DNA of 64,000 nucleotides from the NCBI RefSeq assembly GCF_006345805.1, contig NC_042997.1, forward strand, positions 75,144,001 to 75,208,000, given 5' to 3'. Shown piece by piece: positions 13,460 to 27,601 of the stretch. This DNA comes from Octopus sinensis (lineage: Eukaryota). The stretch's first letter is position 1. Every line of letters starts with the position of its first letter. Under the pieces are notes generated by a model. The model saw only the letters and a list, made by a program, of their open reading frames with translations. It was not told the origin of the DNA and did not search any database. The translations under genes were made by a program, and so were the position numbers.

Positions 13460-16370
13460 AAAGAAAATCTCATTCCTGAGAGACCTTGCGACATGCAATC
13501 AAGCTATATGCATGCCACTCACAGAAACGCATCTTGAACCCGATATAGGTGATGCAGAGATACACATGCCGCAATATGCAGTCATACGCACAGATAGAAA
13601 AGGGAGGAGCCATGGTGGGGTTGTAATGTACATCCGAGATGACCTCATGCCCCAGGTCCTGCTGTCATATTCAAACTCAGTATGTGAAACTCAAATTGTA
13701 CACATAAGACAACTGAATATTGTCATATGCACTACATATCGCCCACCAGATGCCCCAAAACACTCAGGCATGTTTGAAGACTGCCTAGCAAAAATAGGAG
13801 AAGTCCTCACCAACCTTGAACAGCACAACAGTGTATTCTCCATGTGTGACTTTAACCTCCCCAATGTGGAATGGCCTGGGGGGCAGATGCTCCCAGGGAT
13901 GACACGCCATCAGCAGGCACAGGTGGAGTCCCTGCTCCATCTCACAAATGCCTCTTTCATGGAGAAAATAGTTCTGCAACAAACAAGGGCAGATAATATA
14001 CTGGATCTCTGCTTCACAAACAATATGGATATTATCCATAATGTTAATGTGATGCCGACAATGATCTCGGATCACAACATAATAGAGCTGTCTATGTATG
14101 GAACAAAAGCCCCCGTAGACACACAGCCTATACGAAGCACCCACCATCTCTCCAACTTAAACTTTCTTAAAGCAAACTGGAAGGTGATTGAGAAAGAGAT
14201 CCTCAAACAGGATTGGCCTGAATGTCTCTCCACACCGGACATAAACATGAAACACAAACACTTCATGTCCATAATACAAGCCATATGTGACAAATATGTC
14301 CCAGTGTGCAGGGCCAGCACACACAAGAACAAAAACAGGATCCCTAGAGAAAGGAGGATTCTTATGAGACGACGGACAAGAATTGCAAACCGCCTGAACA
14401 AGCACACCAAAAGTGGTGAGAAGTCTCGGCTCGAAAGAATGCTAATGGAAACTGCGAAAAGTCTACATCAGTCCCATGAAAAGGAGAGAGCAGATAAATA
14501 GAGAGCTTGGGTAATAGAAAATATAAAATCAAACCCTAAAGCTTTCTTTAAGTTTGCCAAAGAGACAGCCACAATGCACCAGAGAATAGGACCTCTCTTC
14601 CAAAAAGATGGCTCTCTCACAGGAAATCCCACGAGGATAAGTGAAATACTGAACGAACAGTTCCAAAGTGTGTTCACTACACCTCTAGGACACAGGCAAG
14701 TAAACAACCCAGAAGAATTCTTTGCCACTTTACCTGCGGCCAAAGAGACAAAAATTGAGTACATCAACATCGAAGATAATGATATCGCACTAACCATTGA
14801 TGAGATTGACACAAACTCAGCTGCTGGACCTGATGGATTCCCAGCGATCCTTCTCAAATCATGCAAACAAGCCCTTGCACAATCGCTACAGCTTCTTTTT
14901 CAGAGCTTTCTTGCAAGTGGTAAGCTCCCAGTCAAATTGAAAGAGGGGGTAATATGCCCTATCCATAAGGGAGGTAGCAGAGCAGATGCTAAAAATTATA
15001 GGCCTATCTCTCTGACCTCACACATCAGCAAAGTCATGGAACGAATAGTCCGTAAGAAACTAATCATGTTCCTTGAAGAAAATGACTTACTGTCTGACAC
15101 CCAGCATGGATTTCGACTAGGTAGAGGCTGCCTAACACAGCTCCTGGAACACTATGACTGGGTGTTGAAACAGCTACTAAATGGCTCAAATGTGGATGTA
15201 ATATATCTCGACTTTGCAAAAGCCTTTGATAAAGTCGATCATGGTATGATCTGTCACAAACTGCGTGGTCTCGGCATAGGCGGGAAACTTGGAGAGTGGC
15301 TGCACAACTTCCTAAAAGACAGAAAACAGGCAGTTCTGAGCAATGGAGCCACCTCCAAGGAAACGCAAATAACAAGCGGTGTCCTACAGGGCACTGTCTT
15401 GGGGCCACTGATGTTCATAGTGGCCCTTTCAGACATGCCTTCAGTTGCTACGATGACCACCCTTGCTAGCTATGCAGATGACACAAAAGTCTCCCACGCA
15501 ATACAAAACCCTGAAAATATTGCGCATCTGCAACATGAGCTGGACACAATATACAGGTGGGCTGACGACAACAACATGCAGTTTAATGCAGGTAAGTTCC
15601 AGGCCCTGCGCTACTGGCACACAAAGGTAAATGACGTGAAGACTGGATACACTGGCCCAGGAAGAATTGCAATCCCTGAGTCAAAATCAGTGCGTGACCT
15701 GGGCATTGACATGAGCAATGATGCATCTTTCCAAATGCATATCGCTAATCTGGTGATAAAATGCAGACGGCTAGCTGGATGGATTCTCCGAACTTTCAGA
15801 ACAAGAGAGAAGGAGACACTGATGGTACTATGGAAAACATTCGTCCTCAGCCGCTTGGACTACTGCTCCCAACTATGGTCACCACACAATATAAAGCTAA
15901 CAGCAGAACTCGAAGCAATTCAGAGAAGCTACACAAAGAAAATCGTCTCAATGCAAAATATCAGCTACTGGGAAAGACTGAAGGTATTAAACCTCTTCTC
16001 CCTAGAGCGGAGGCGGGAGAGATATGCGGTGATATACATCTGGAAAATCCTGGAGGGTCTTATCCCAAACTGTGGCATTTAAAGTTACTCCAACCGCAGA
16101 ACGGGGCGCCACTGCATGGTGCCAAGGATTCCAACATCACACTCAAAATACAGGTCCAGACACTGCAACAGCTTGGGTTTCAGAGGACCACAGCTCTTTA
16201 ACATCCTCCCTAAATGCCTGAGAGACTTACATGGTGTGGATGTGGGTTTCTTAAAACTAAACTGGATCTCATCTTGTTGGGAGTCCCAGATGAGCCTACC
16301 TCACGACAGGAGACGCGGATGCGGGCAGCAGCATCGAACTCCCTTGTTGATCAAGTGCCACGTATCAGAG
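13400..16370 (+). pseudogene. LINE ORF2 (APE endonuclease + reverse transcriptase), premature stops
   Basis: LTETHL, SDH, NYRPISLTS, YLDFAKAFD, QGTVLGP, YADD, LERRRER motifs. Confidence 0.92.
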
Positions 16371-16505
16371 GTGGATTCACAAATTAGTGTTGCTCATTCA
16401 GCGGTGGTGCCCCAGCATGGCGCGGCCTTGGCGGCTAAAACATTTTTAAGGATTTAAGGATATATATATAATATATATATGCATATGTATATATATATAG
16501 ATATG

Positions 16506-16544
<39 letters not shown>

Positions 16545-16824
16545 GTATATATATATTATATATGTTATAGAATATATATATATATTTATAATGTATATAT
16601 ATATATATATATGTATATATATTAGATTGTATATATATTTATATATATGTATATATGATATATATATATGTATATATATATATGTATATATATATTATAT
16701 ATATATATCTATATATATATAGATATATATAATATATATATATATTATATATAGATATAACGTATAGATATATGTATAAGATCATATTATATATATAATA
16801 TTATATATATATAGATATAGTATC

Positions 16825-16856
<32 letters not shown>

Positions 16857-16926
16857 ATTATATAATATATATATTATATATATATATTTTATGTTATATA
16901 TATATATATAAATATGTATATATATG

Positions 16927-16964
<38 letters not shown>

Positions 16965-17220
16965 TATATGTATATATATAGTATAGATATATATATGTAT
17001 TATATATATATACGTATATATATATATATATGTATATTATATATAATAAATATTAGGGAATAAATCCAAATTTACAGGGAAAAATCAGATTTAGGATTGA
17101 ATCTAATTTTTATAGTAAAATATTATATAATATTATTAGAGACAAAACCACTATTTGCAAATTAAACAAGGAAAGACTTAATCACATAAATAAAAAATTT
17201 TAATACAAAGTAATAAATCG

Positions 17221-17264
17221 CCACTACAATTGTTTCCTGTCTTCAAATGACATTCATCAGGTGG
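17221..17264 (-). ncRNA. Minimal type I hammerhead ribozyme
   Basis: Minus strand: ccac-CTGATGA-a-tgtc(atttgaa)gaca-g-GAAA-caattg-TA-gtgg; GUA site. Confidence 0.85.
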
Positions 17265-17859
17265 AATTCATATCTAAAAATACAATATTAAATAAAATAA
17301 AAAAATAAATAAATTAAAATGGCTTAAAAAACTATAAATAATATAAAATTTAAATGAAAAAATATAATATATCATCTATATATAATCTATATATAATCTA
17401 TATATAATAATCAAAGAACTAAAATAACCTCTATAAACCATTGAATATAATGGAAACCTATTATTAAAGTTCTCATATTTAAGATGAAGAATCTAATTTC
17501 AAAAAAGAAAAAACAAAAAACAAAAAACAAAAAAAAACAAAAATAAAAAAAAACTATATATCACACATGCTCATACACATAATCTAAGTATATATAAAAA
17601 CATATCTAAATACATACACTAACTAACACGCCAAACTCACCCGCCATATAATATCTCTACTATACATACACATAAACATCTAGGCAACGGTAAATTAATA
17701 AAATAGCCAAATACTTCAACACATTACTTATTCATACTCCCTCGCACACACATACAACCCTCATTCATAAAACACACTCACTCTGCATGACAACAACACA
17801 ACCAGCATCCGCAATAATCAACCACAAACAATATAAACATTTCATTCGGAGCAGAGAAC

Positions 17860-18100
17860 TACCAAATACCAAATACCACATATATACCACAACATACATA
17901 AATACTTAAACCAAACACACACACACATATCCAAATACCACATGCATGCAACAAGCATACACAAATACGCAAACAAACACACACACACACACATATCCAA
18001 ATACCACATGCATGCAACAAACATACACACACACATATCCAAATACCACATGCATGCAACAAACATACACAAATACGCAAACAAACACACACACACACAC
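17860..18100. repeat. Imperfect AC-rich minisatellite (atatccaaataccacatgcatgcaac units)
   Basis: 3-4 visible copies. Confidence 0.7.
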
Positions 18101-21100
18101 ATTTACACATACATAAACACTCAAAAGAAAAACAACATTTACACATAAACAATGCACATCCACACACATTCACACACTATCACTCTCATACAACCGCATT
18201 CCTACCGCCACTCCAACACAGATGAGTAACAAATTTAGCAGATACATACTCTCAGCCACTTACATACAGTAATATTCCCTACTCAGCAATAAACTATTAA
18301 AAAACCCCAACACCACTCTAAAACAAATTTATGAATGTGAATAATAACTTATATTGAGTTATTCTATTAATAAATCATTTAAAAACAGACCTAATATTTA
18401 TCAAAGTATGTCTAAATTATTGATAATAATAACAAAGAAAATACGATAAATAGAAACTCCATAAGCAACAAGATTAACATAAGCAACAAGATTAAAATAA
18501 GGAGAAAAAATACAAACCTTCATTCAATTTTAAAGTTATGAAGTGAATTTAAAGTCTAACCTTTATAACGTTACAAAAATTACGTTACCATAGAAATATA
18601 AGTAGAACATATTTATAATAAATTCTCTGCGCGTTATGAACGAACGTTATTTAAAAATTATGAATGGAATAGAATGGAATAATATGTTAATAAACGTAAT
18701 TAGACAGAATTTACTATAAAATTCTTTAATAAAACAATCATGATAAACGAAACCCATATATACATATAATGATAAAACCTCCCTTTAACCAAACACAACA
18801 ACATACCTATATAGCAATCCCCTAATCTATACATTCACATACAAATACACACACGTATAACACACACCCACAACATATACGTATACCCACTCACACATAC
18901 ATATACATACGTACAAAACTCACACCCACACCCATATAGATGAATAAATAAATATATATACATCCATATATATATATATATATATATCTTTATACACTCA
19001 CACATATCATCAAATACACATATATATAAAAATACACACATTCACAAAAAAATAAATAAATGAATATTTATTATATGTATATATGAGTGTGTACACGCAA
19101 ACGGGTGCAATCTCTCGCACAATCAAACATGCATGATACAATTGCATACACAAGCACACACTTTTACATAGCGCTCATGCACTCCCGCATTCCACATGCC
19201 ACACAGCACTACACGCTCACAGTGCACACACACCCATGCACATGCATATTCACGGACACCCTCCAAAACATTTAAATATACGTATATAGGGTTACAAACA
19301 ATACCCAAATAAAATAAAACTACCATGATCAACATACCAAGCTATAACTCTAAACAAATTTATGAATGTGAATAATAACTTATATTGAGTTATTCTATTA
19401 ATAAATCATTTAAAAACGGACCTATCTATTTATCAAAGTATGTCTAAATTATTGATAATTAATAACAAAGAAAATACGATAAATAGAACACTCCATAATC
19501 ATGATAAACGAAACCCATTTATCATGATTGTTTTATTACTACCCCAACTCCTCCACCACCCTTCTCCCCTCCCGATAGGCTCCATCCACCCACACCTAAC
19601 CCCACTGCCCCTCCCTACAACCCCTTCTCCCCTCCCGATAGGCTCCATCCACCTACAACCTAACCTCCTGCCCCCCCCAACACCCCCAAACGCCTCCCCA
19701 ATCCCTCCCCCTCAGACCTCCACGAGACCTACCACCCCTCCTACTTCTATTCCACCCACCCTTCTCCACTTCCGTCTGTTTTACCATTCCCCCCGATCTT
19801 CCCCTCTCTGCGGCTGAACGCTCCGTCCTTGGTAGGGGTCTGCGTTTCATCCCCCTCACTCCATCCTGTAAGGAATTCCAGACGCGAGTGATGTCCACAG
19901 CTTGTGCGCCGTGTCCGGTTGGGTGCGCATTACCACGACTCGCCACCCACACACAACGAAGAGGACTGCTTCACTGGCTGGGCCCGCCGACCATCCCCGT
20001 GGACGCCTGCCCCTGGCCAGATCCTAGCAGTGGATCTTTTCGCGGGCGCTTGTCAGCGTGCATTGGAGCGGTTCAACTTCTCCAGGCGCCAACGCCGCCT
20101 CAACATCTCCCGGGCTGAGCTCTTGGCTCTTCGTTCCCTCCAACGGCGCGCGCTGACATTATCATCAAACCGGCTGACAGGGTGGAGCTGTAGTGGTGTG
20201 GCGCGCGACCTCTATAGAGCCGAGGCTTCCGCCAACTCAATGACACCTCCTTCTATTCCCCTCTGCCCTCTAACCCCACACGTAGCTACCAACAGACGGT
20301 ATCCTCTACTGTCCAAGACCTCATCTCGTCCTCCCGTCTCCCCCGCACCTCATCCAACCTAATTGTGCGAACCCCACGTACCCCCACCATTTACTTCCTC
20401 CCCAAAATCCACAAACCCAACAACCCTGGCCGCCCCATCGTCTCCGCCTGTAACTGCCCCACGGAGCTCATCTCTAAATACCTCGACCGTGTCCTTGCCC
20501 CCCTAGTGGCATCTCTTCCCTCCCACATCCACGATACCAACCATGCTCTCCGGCTTTTCAACTCTTTCTCCTTTCCTCCCGGCTCCTCCAAAATCCTTTT
20601 TACTATGGACATCCAAAGCCTCTATACTGTTATCCCTCACCACGAGGACAGGACTGCAGGCCCTTCGACACTTTCTTGACCTCCGCTCTAACCCTGTACC
20701 TGACACCTCCACACTCATTCGTCTGGCCGAACTCGAACTTGTCCTTATCTGAACTGCTTCTCGTTCGCGGGCGAGTTCTACCATCAGGTCTCGGGAGTGG
20801 CCATGGGAACGCGAATGGGCCCCAACTATGCGAACCTGTTCGTTGGCTATGTTGAGGCCCAAATATTCTCTAATTTCACTGGTCCCGTCTACTGAACTAT
20901 ATGGTCGTTACATTGACGACATTATCGGTGCCACCTCACTCTCCGTGAACATCTAGATTCCTTCCTCTCTTTCGTCCAATCTTTCCATCCAGCCCTCCAC
21001 TTCACTTCCACTATCTCCAACACCTCTGTTCCTTCCTCGACATTTCGGTTAGCATTCTTCACTCCACTCTTACCACCTCCATTCACTACAAACACACAGA

Positions 21101-22314
21101 CTCACACTCATACCTCAACTTCTCTTCCTCCCACCAGAACAACACCAAGCTTTCCATCCCCTATTCCCCAATTCCTCCGTCTACGTAGGCTCTGTAGTGA
21201 CGACCATGACTTCGAGACTCAGTCTCAACGTATGGCTCACCACTTCACCCTACGTGGAAACCCCCTCACCACTATCCGCACCACCCTTGCCAGAGCACGG
21301 TCCGTGGACCGTGTATCTGCTCTCTCTCCCCGAACCCGCCCTGTAGTCTCCCGCCTCCCTTTTCCCCTCACTTACCACCCCATGACCCTACGTCTACAAC
21401 GCACCATTCTTCGAGCTTTCCGTCATCTCCAGTCCGACCCGTCCACTTCACACCTCTTCCCTAACCGACCCCTCCCCTCTTTCAAACGAGCCCACAACCT
21501 CCGAGACCTTTTGGTCCATAGCTCCTTCCCTGACCCTACCTCCCAACCCGGCTCGTTCCCCTGCTCCCGCCCACGTTGCCGCACTTGCCCTTACCTCTCC
21601 AACACCACCCTCCTCACTAGCACCCACCATCGACCCTATCCCATCATCCACTCCTTCACCTGCACCTCCAGCAATATTATCTATTGCGTCTCTTGCTCTC
21701 TCTGCCATTCCTTGTACATCGGACAAACGGGACGCCGCTTGGCTGACCGGTTCGCGGAACACCTTCGTGACATCCACCTTGCGAACAACACACCGGTCTC
21801 ACGCCATTTCCACTCCACCGGTCACTCCTTGCAACACCTATCTGTGTTCGGTTTGTCCTTACACAGAGGCCATCCGGATTCCCGTTTGCACCGTGAACAG
21901 GAATTAATCTTATCTCTTCGCTCTTATACGCCATTTGGTCTCAACTCTCCCTCCTCCTCATCTAACCCCCCTCTCCCCCCTCCTCACCTATCCTTCCCCC
22001 CCGACCCCTACTTCTTCAGTCCTTCATCCTTTCACCCCTACTCCCCTTCCCTTCTTCCCTCTTTCTCCCTCCCTCCTTCCCTCTTCCCCTTCCCTCTGCT
22101 CCCTCACTCCCCTTCTGTCTCCCCCTCTCCCTCTTTCCTCCTCCCCTTCCTTCTCCCCCTTCCCTCCCCGCCCCCTACTCTCCTCTTCCCCCTCTCCTCC
22201 CCTCTTCTTCCCCTCTTCTTCCCTCCCCTTCCCCTCCCCTTCCCCTCCCCTCTCCCCCCTCTTCTCCTCACTACACCACACGACTTTACACATCACATCA
22301 TATATGATGTGCCA

Positions 22315-22715
22315 TACTAATACATACACCAACTAATACATACTAATACGTACTAATACATACTAATACATACTAATACATACACCAACCCTATACATAC
22401 ACACGTCCAGACCCCTCATACGCACTTATACTCTCTCATACACACACACACACACTTATACATACTAATACGTACTAATACATACTAATACGTACTAATA
22501 CATACTAATACATACTAATACGTACTAATACGTACTAATACATACTAATACATACACCAACCCCATACATACGCACGTCCAGACCTATCCTACGCACTAA
22601 TACTCTCTCATACACACTCACACACACACACACACACCCTTATACATACTAATACATACTAATACATACACCAACCCTATACATACACACGTCCAGACCT
22701 ATCCTACGCACTAAT
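22315..22715. repeat. (CATACTAATA)n decamer and ~180-bp imperfect repeats in the PLE 3' region
   Basis: Directly visible. Confidence 0.75.
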
Positions 22716-22884
22716 AGCTGGTGATTCAACCCTATTATCAACCCTATTGTCTCCCCTTATTTCGCTCTCGCGTCTCATGTTTGATCTTTGACCTCTGGCC
22801 GAAATCAGATCGCCATGTTGATTCGTTAGTTACTGCACGCATTTTTTTCTCTCCTTGTTTCTCTCCGTGTTTCTTTTCTGTGTA

Positions 22885-22922
22885 TCTTTCTGTTGAAGAG
22901 CGTAGGCTCGAAACGTTAAAGA
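22885..22922 (+). ncRNA. Ultra-minimal variant hammerhead in the PLE pLTR
   Basis: tcttt-CTGTTGA-a-gagc(gtag)gctc-GAAA-cg-TT-aaaga; loopless palindromic stem III aacgtt. Confidence 0.65.
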
Positions 22923-23056
22923 CTTGTTTTATTTGTATTTCCTGAGCGCCATACTAATACAATTGTTTGTTTGTTTTCCACCTGCCTTCGTCTTTTGTCT
23001 ATTTTCATAAAGCTTCCCGTTATATATATATATGTATTATATATATATATATATAG

Positions 23057-23091
<35 letters not shown>

Positions 23092-23092
23092 G

Positions 23093-23125
<33 letters not shown>

Positions 23126-23256
23126 GTATATATATATGTATGTATATATATATGTATATATATATGTAGTATATATATATATATATGTATATATATGTAT
23201 ATAATATATATGTATATATATACGTATATATATATATGTTATATATATATATATTA

Positions 23257-23297
<41 letters not shown>

Positions 23298-23477
23298 TTA
23301 TATATATATATATAATGTATATATATATATATGTATATATATATATGTAATATATATATGTATATATATATATGTATGTATATATATATATATATGATAT
23401 ATATGTATATATATATATATGTATATATATACGGATATATTATATGTATATATATATATATTATATATGTATATATA

Positions 23478-23535
<58 letters not shown>

Positions 23536-23643
23536 GTAATATATATATATATATATGTATATATATATGTATATATATATGTATATATAATGTATATATA
23601 TATATGTGTATATATATATATATATATATGTTATATATATATG

Positions 23644-23713
<70 letters not shown>

Positions 23714-23714
<1 letters not shown>

Positions 23715-26661
23715 GATTTTGATTTTGATTTTTCCAGTTTCAGCTAATGAGCTGTGGCCATGCTGGGGCACCGCCATTTGGTTTGCTACACGATTTTACC
23801 TCACGGATGCTTTTTAGCAAACCCCATCTGATGCATGAGAGAGTTAGATGCAGCTGCCATCATCTGCACCTCCTGCCGTGAAGTTGGTTCATCCGGGACA
23901 CCTGACAGGAGGAGAACCAGTCCTACTTTAAAGACATCCGCATCTACACCGTGCAGGTCCCTCAGGTTCTTCGGGAGGATATTGAAGAGCTGTGGGCCTC
24001 TGAAGATCAGGCTATCACAATATCTTGTCCTACATCTTGATGGCAAATTTGGAATCCTTGGTACTACGCAGTGGCGTCCGGTTCTGGCATTTGTGTGACT
24101 CTCGATACCAAAGTCTGGGACAAGTCCTTCCAGGATCTTCCAGATATATATTATGGCATATCTTTCTCGCCTACGCTCCAGGGAATAGAGCTTTAATCTC
24201 TTGAGTCTTTCCCAGTAGCTCATATGCTGCACAGAGGCTATCTTCTCTTGTAGCTGCTTCGTTGAATCGCCTCAATTTCTGTGATCAACTTGACACTGGA
24301 TGGTGACCATAGCTGAGTGCAATAGTCAAAGTGGCTTAGGACAAGTGTCTTCCAGAGGACCATCATGGTTTCTTGTTCTCTTGTTCTAAAGGTTCTAAAA
24401 TCCATCCAGCCAGCAGCGTCTGCATTTCATTGCCAGTTTAGCAACATGTACATGAAAGGTCGCGTCATCACTCATGTGAATACCCAGGTCACGCACTGAT
24501 TGTGCCTCTGGGATTGCAATCCCTCCGGGTCCAGTGTATTCCTTGGGTATTGCATTCAGTTTTGCATGCTGATAGTATAAAGCTTGAAAATTTTCAGCAT
24601 TGAACTGCATGCTATTCTTTTCAGCCCACTTGTATATTTCGTCCAGCTCACATTGCAGGTGCTTAGTGTCTTCAGGGTTCTGTATTGCCTGTGAAACATT
24701 TGTATCATCTGCATAACTTGTGATCGTGGCTCTCTGCGTGGCTGAGGGCATGTCTGAGAGGGCCATTATGAACAGTAGTGGTCCCAAAAAAGTGCCCTGC
24801 GGAACACCGCTCACTATTTGCGTGTTAATGGAAGTGGCCCCATTGGCTGCTACCACCTGACTTCTATTCTTCAGAAAGTCATGAAGCCATTCTCCCAATT
24901 TTCCAACTATGCCAAGATCACGCAGTTTGTGACATATCATTCCATGATCGACTTTATCAAAGGCCTTTGCGAAGTCGAGATATATGACTCCCACATTTGA
25001 GTGGTTGAGCAGTTGTTTCAGCACCCATTCATAGTGTTGTAGGAGCTGAGTTAAGCAGCTTCTTCCTGGTCGGAAACCATGTTGGGTGTCGGGCAGCATG
25101 TCATTTTCTTCAAGGAAGGTGATTAGTTTCCTTCTGACTATTCGTTCCATGACCTTGCTGATGTGTGAGGTCAGAGAGATAGGTCTGTAGTTCTTGGCCT
25201 CTGCTCTGCTACCTCCTTTATGAATGGGGCATATTTTACCTTCCTTCAGTTTTTTTGGAAGTTTGCCAGCTGCAAGGAAGCTCTGAAAGAGGATCTGCAG
25301 TGGTCTTGCTAGGACTCTCTTACGTACTTTTAGGAGGATTGCCGGGAATCCATCGGGGCCAATAGCTGAGTCTGTTTTCATTTCATCTATGGCCTTTATT
25401 ACATCATCTTCCTTTATATCGATGTGATCTATCGTCGCCGCCTCTGATTTTATATCTGCAGTGGTAAAGAAGTCAGTTGGATTGGTGATTTGGAAATGCC
25501 CGAGGGGTGGAGTGAAAACACTCTTGAATTGCTCATTCAGTATTTCACTTACCCTCATTGGTTTTCCTGTAAGTGTGCCATCCTTTTCAAGGAGTGGCCC
25601 TATCCTACAGTGCAACGTAGCTGTTTCTTTGGCATACCTGTAGAAGGCTCTGGGGTTAGATTTTATGTTGTCTATAGCCAGGCTTCTTTGTCTGCTCTTT
25701 CCTTTTCATGGGAGAGTTGCAGACATTTTTCAATTTCCAACAGTTTTATTTTCAGGCGGGACTTTTCACTGCTTTCAATCTGTTTGTTTAGGCGATTTGA
25801 AATTTTTGTACGCCGTCTCATTAAAATTTTCCTCTCTCTGGGGATTTTGTTCTTGTGTACAGTGGGCTTTCTCTCTGGGACACATTTGTAGCATATGGCT
25901 TGCGCTACAGACATGAATTGTTGAAGTTTCACGTCGATGTCTGGCGAGGAGAGACATTTAGGCCAGTTTTGTTTGAGGATCTCTTTCTCAATTTGTTTCC
26001 AGTTTGCCTTATGGTAGTTCAAGCTGGAAACATTCTGAGGGTTTCTTGTAGGCTGCATGTCCGTGCTCTCTTTTGGCCCGTACATGGTCAGCTCTACCAT
26101 GTTGTGATCCGAGAGTAGTGTCGGTGTCACTTTCACATTATGGATGAGATCCATATTATTTGTGAAGCAGAGATCCAGTGTGTTACCTGCCCTGGGTGGT
26201 TGGAGTATTACTTGCTCCATGTACAGGGTGTTGATGAGGTTCAGGAGGGACCTCGCCTGTCCTCGTTCACATCTTGTTATTCCTGGGAGAGAAAGGCCCT
26301 CGGGCCATCTGACATTGGGTAGATTGAAGTCTCCCATAAGAAGTACACTTATGTGTTGTTCTAATGTGATTAGAACTTCTTCTATTTTTATAAGGCAGTC
26401 TTCAAACTTGCTTACATGGCTTGGGGCATCTGGAGGGCGATATGTAGCACACATAACTACATCAGGTTGCCTTATATGTACAATTAGTGTGTCACACACC
26501 GAGTTTGAGTATGACAAAAGGACCTGGGGTGTGAGGTCCTCACGGATGTACATAGCAACTCCTCCATGACTCCTTTCTTTTCTGTCGGTCCGTAGTACAA
26601 CATATTGTGGTATGTGTAATTCCGCATCTGCTATGTCCGGTTTCAGGTGCGTTTCCGTTAG
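23714..26661 (-). mobile_element. CR1-group LINE (APE-RT, frameshifted), 5' end lost in the gap
   Basis: ORFs 25672-26553 (APE), 24395-25615 (RT), 23801-24232; (AAAATC)n tail. Confidence 0.93.
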
Positions 26662-26761
26662 NNNNNNNNNNNNNNNNNNNNNNNNNNNNNNNNNNNNNNN
26701 NNNNNNNNNNNNNNNNNNNNNNNNNNNNNNNNNNNNNNNNNNNNNNNNNNNNNNNNNNNNN
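26662..26761. other. Assembly gap (100 N)
   Basis: N run. Confidence 1.
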
Positions 26762-27460
26762 AACTCCTCTCTTACTAAAAATGAGATAAAATTTTACTTG
26801 CTAGACGTACTATTGTAGAGTTTGAGGAAAATTAGGGACTACAAAAGATAGACCGAACAATTTTGATATCACAGTAGGATCAAGTGATTCTGCCCAAGTC
26901 ACTGATCTCTGTGGTATCTATTTATAATACTGCAAGAATTTTTTCCAAATTTGGTAGGTCTATGCTGGGACAACACTTTGTTTATTATCCCTCATAACAG
27001 TAAAATATACACTGAGAGAATTAGGAAAAAACTGAAAAAATTCTTTAAAAACTATTGCCTAAACATTATTTTTGAATGCAACCTAAAGATTGTGAACTTT
27101 TTCGATGTAACTTTGGACCTCAAATCAAGACTATTTTATCCATATTATAAACCAGTTGAGACCACAACTTGTGTAAATCACATTTCAAACCATCCCACAG
27201 GTGTAATCAACTTATTAGTAAATGGTGTTTCAAATAGAATATTACACCTCCCTGCAAATGAAAATATCTTTGACACCTACACTCAGCATTACAACAAAGC
27301 CTTAATAAAAGTGGGATTTAAACAAACCATTAGCTATTTCCCCATGTCTAGTAAAATGAAAGATCATATAACAGAGAGTTGTAGGAACAAAAATATAAAT
27401 ACATACAAAAATACAATTAGGTGCAATAGTAAAAATGACTGTAAAAAAAAGTCCTAAACT
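26762..27460 (+). pseudogene. Degenerate Penelope-like RT fragment
   Basis: FDITVGSSDSAQVTDLCG and IVNFFDVTLDL..FYPYYKP...SNHP resemble PLE RT motifs. Confidence 0.65.
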
Positions 27461-27601
27461 TCAGAATAGGGAAAGTAATAGTGAAAATAAAAATCATAAC
27501 CATTATAATATAGCTTCCCATAACATCAACTCAAAGTAGACTGTAATGTTGGTAGTAGCATTAATAATAATAATAATAATAATAACAACAACAACAACAA
27601 C

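Larger units (their letters stand above)
10933..16460 (+). mobile_element. Apparently full-length CR1-group LINE (long 5' UTR, CCCH-finger ORF1, APE-RT ORF2, TTTAAGGA tail)
   Basis: Starts with CAAGATGGCG right after (TA)n. Disrupted ORF1 from ATG 12509. ORF2 pieces 13350-14501 and 14574-16082 are in frame, split by a stop. 5' boundary inferred. Confidence 0.85.
17050..19538 (-). mobile_element. Non-coding PLE-type element/pLTR with hammerhead, internal duplication and short 5' inversion
   Basis: Hammerhead at 17221-17264. ~18316-18463 is repeated at ~19346-19498. 19518-19538 is an inverted copy of ~18727-18747. 3' end in (TA)n. Unity of the whole span is inferred. Confidence 0.55.
19539..23020 (+). 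mobile_element. Penelope-like element (RT + GIY-YIG, frameshifted) with 3' pLTR
   Basis: YFLPKIHKP..GRPIVS, DIQSLYT, GVAMGTRMGPNYANLF, RYIDD, CSRPRCRTC linker, IYCVSC...YIGQTGRRLADRFAEH (21232-21960). Confidence 0.93.
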
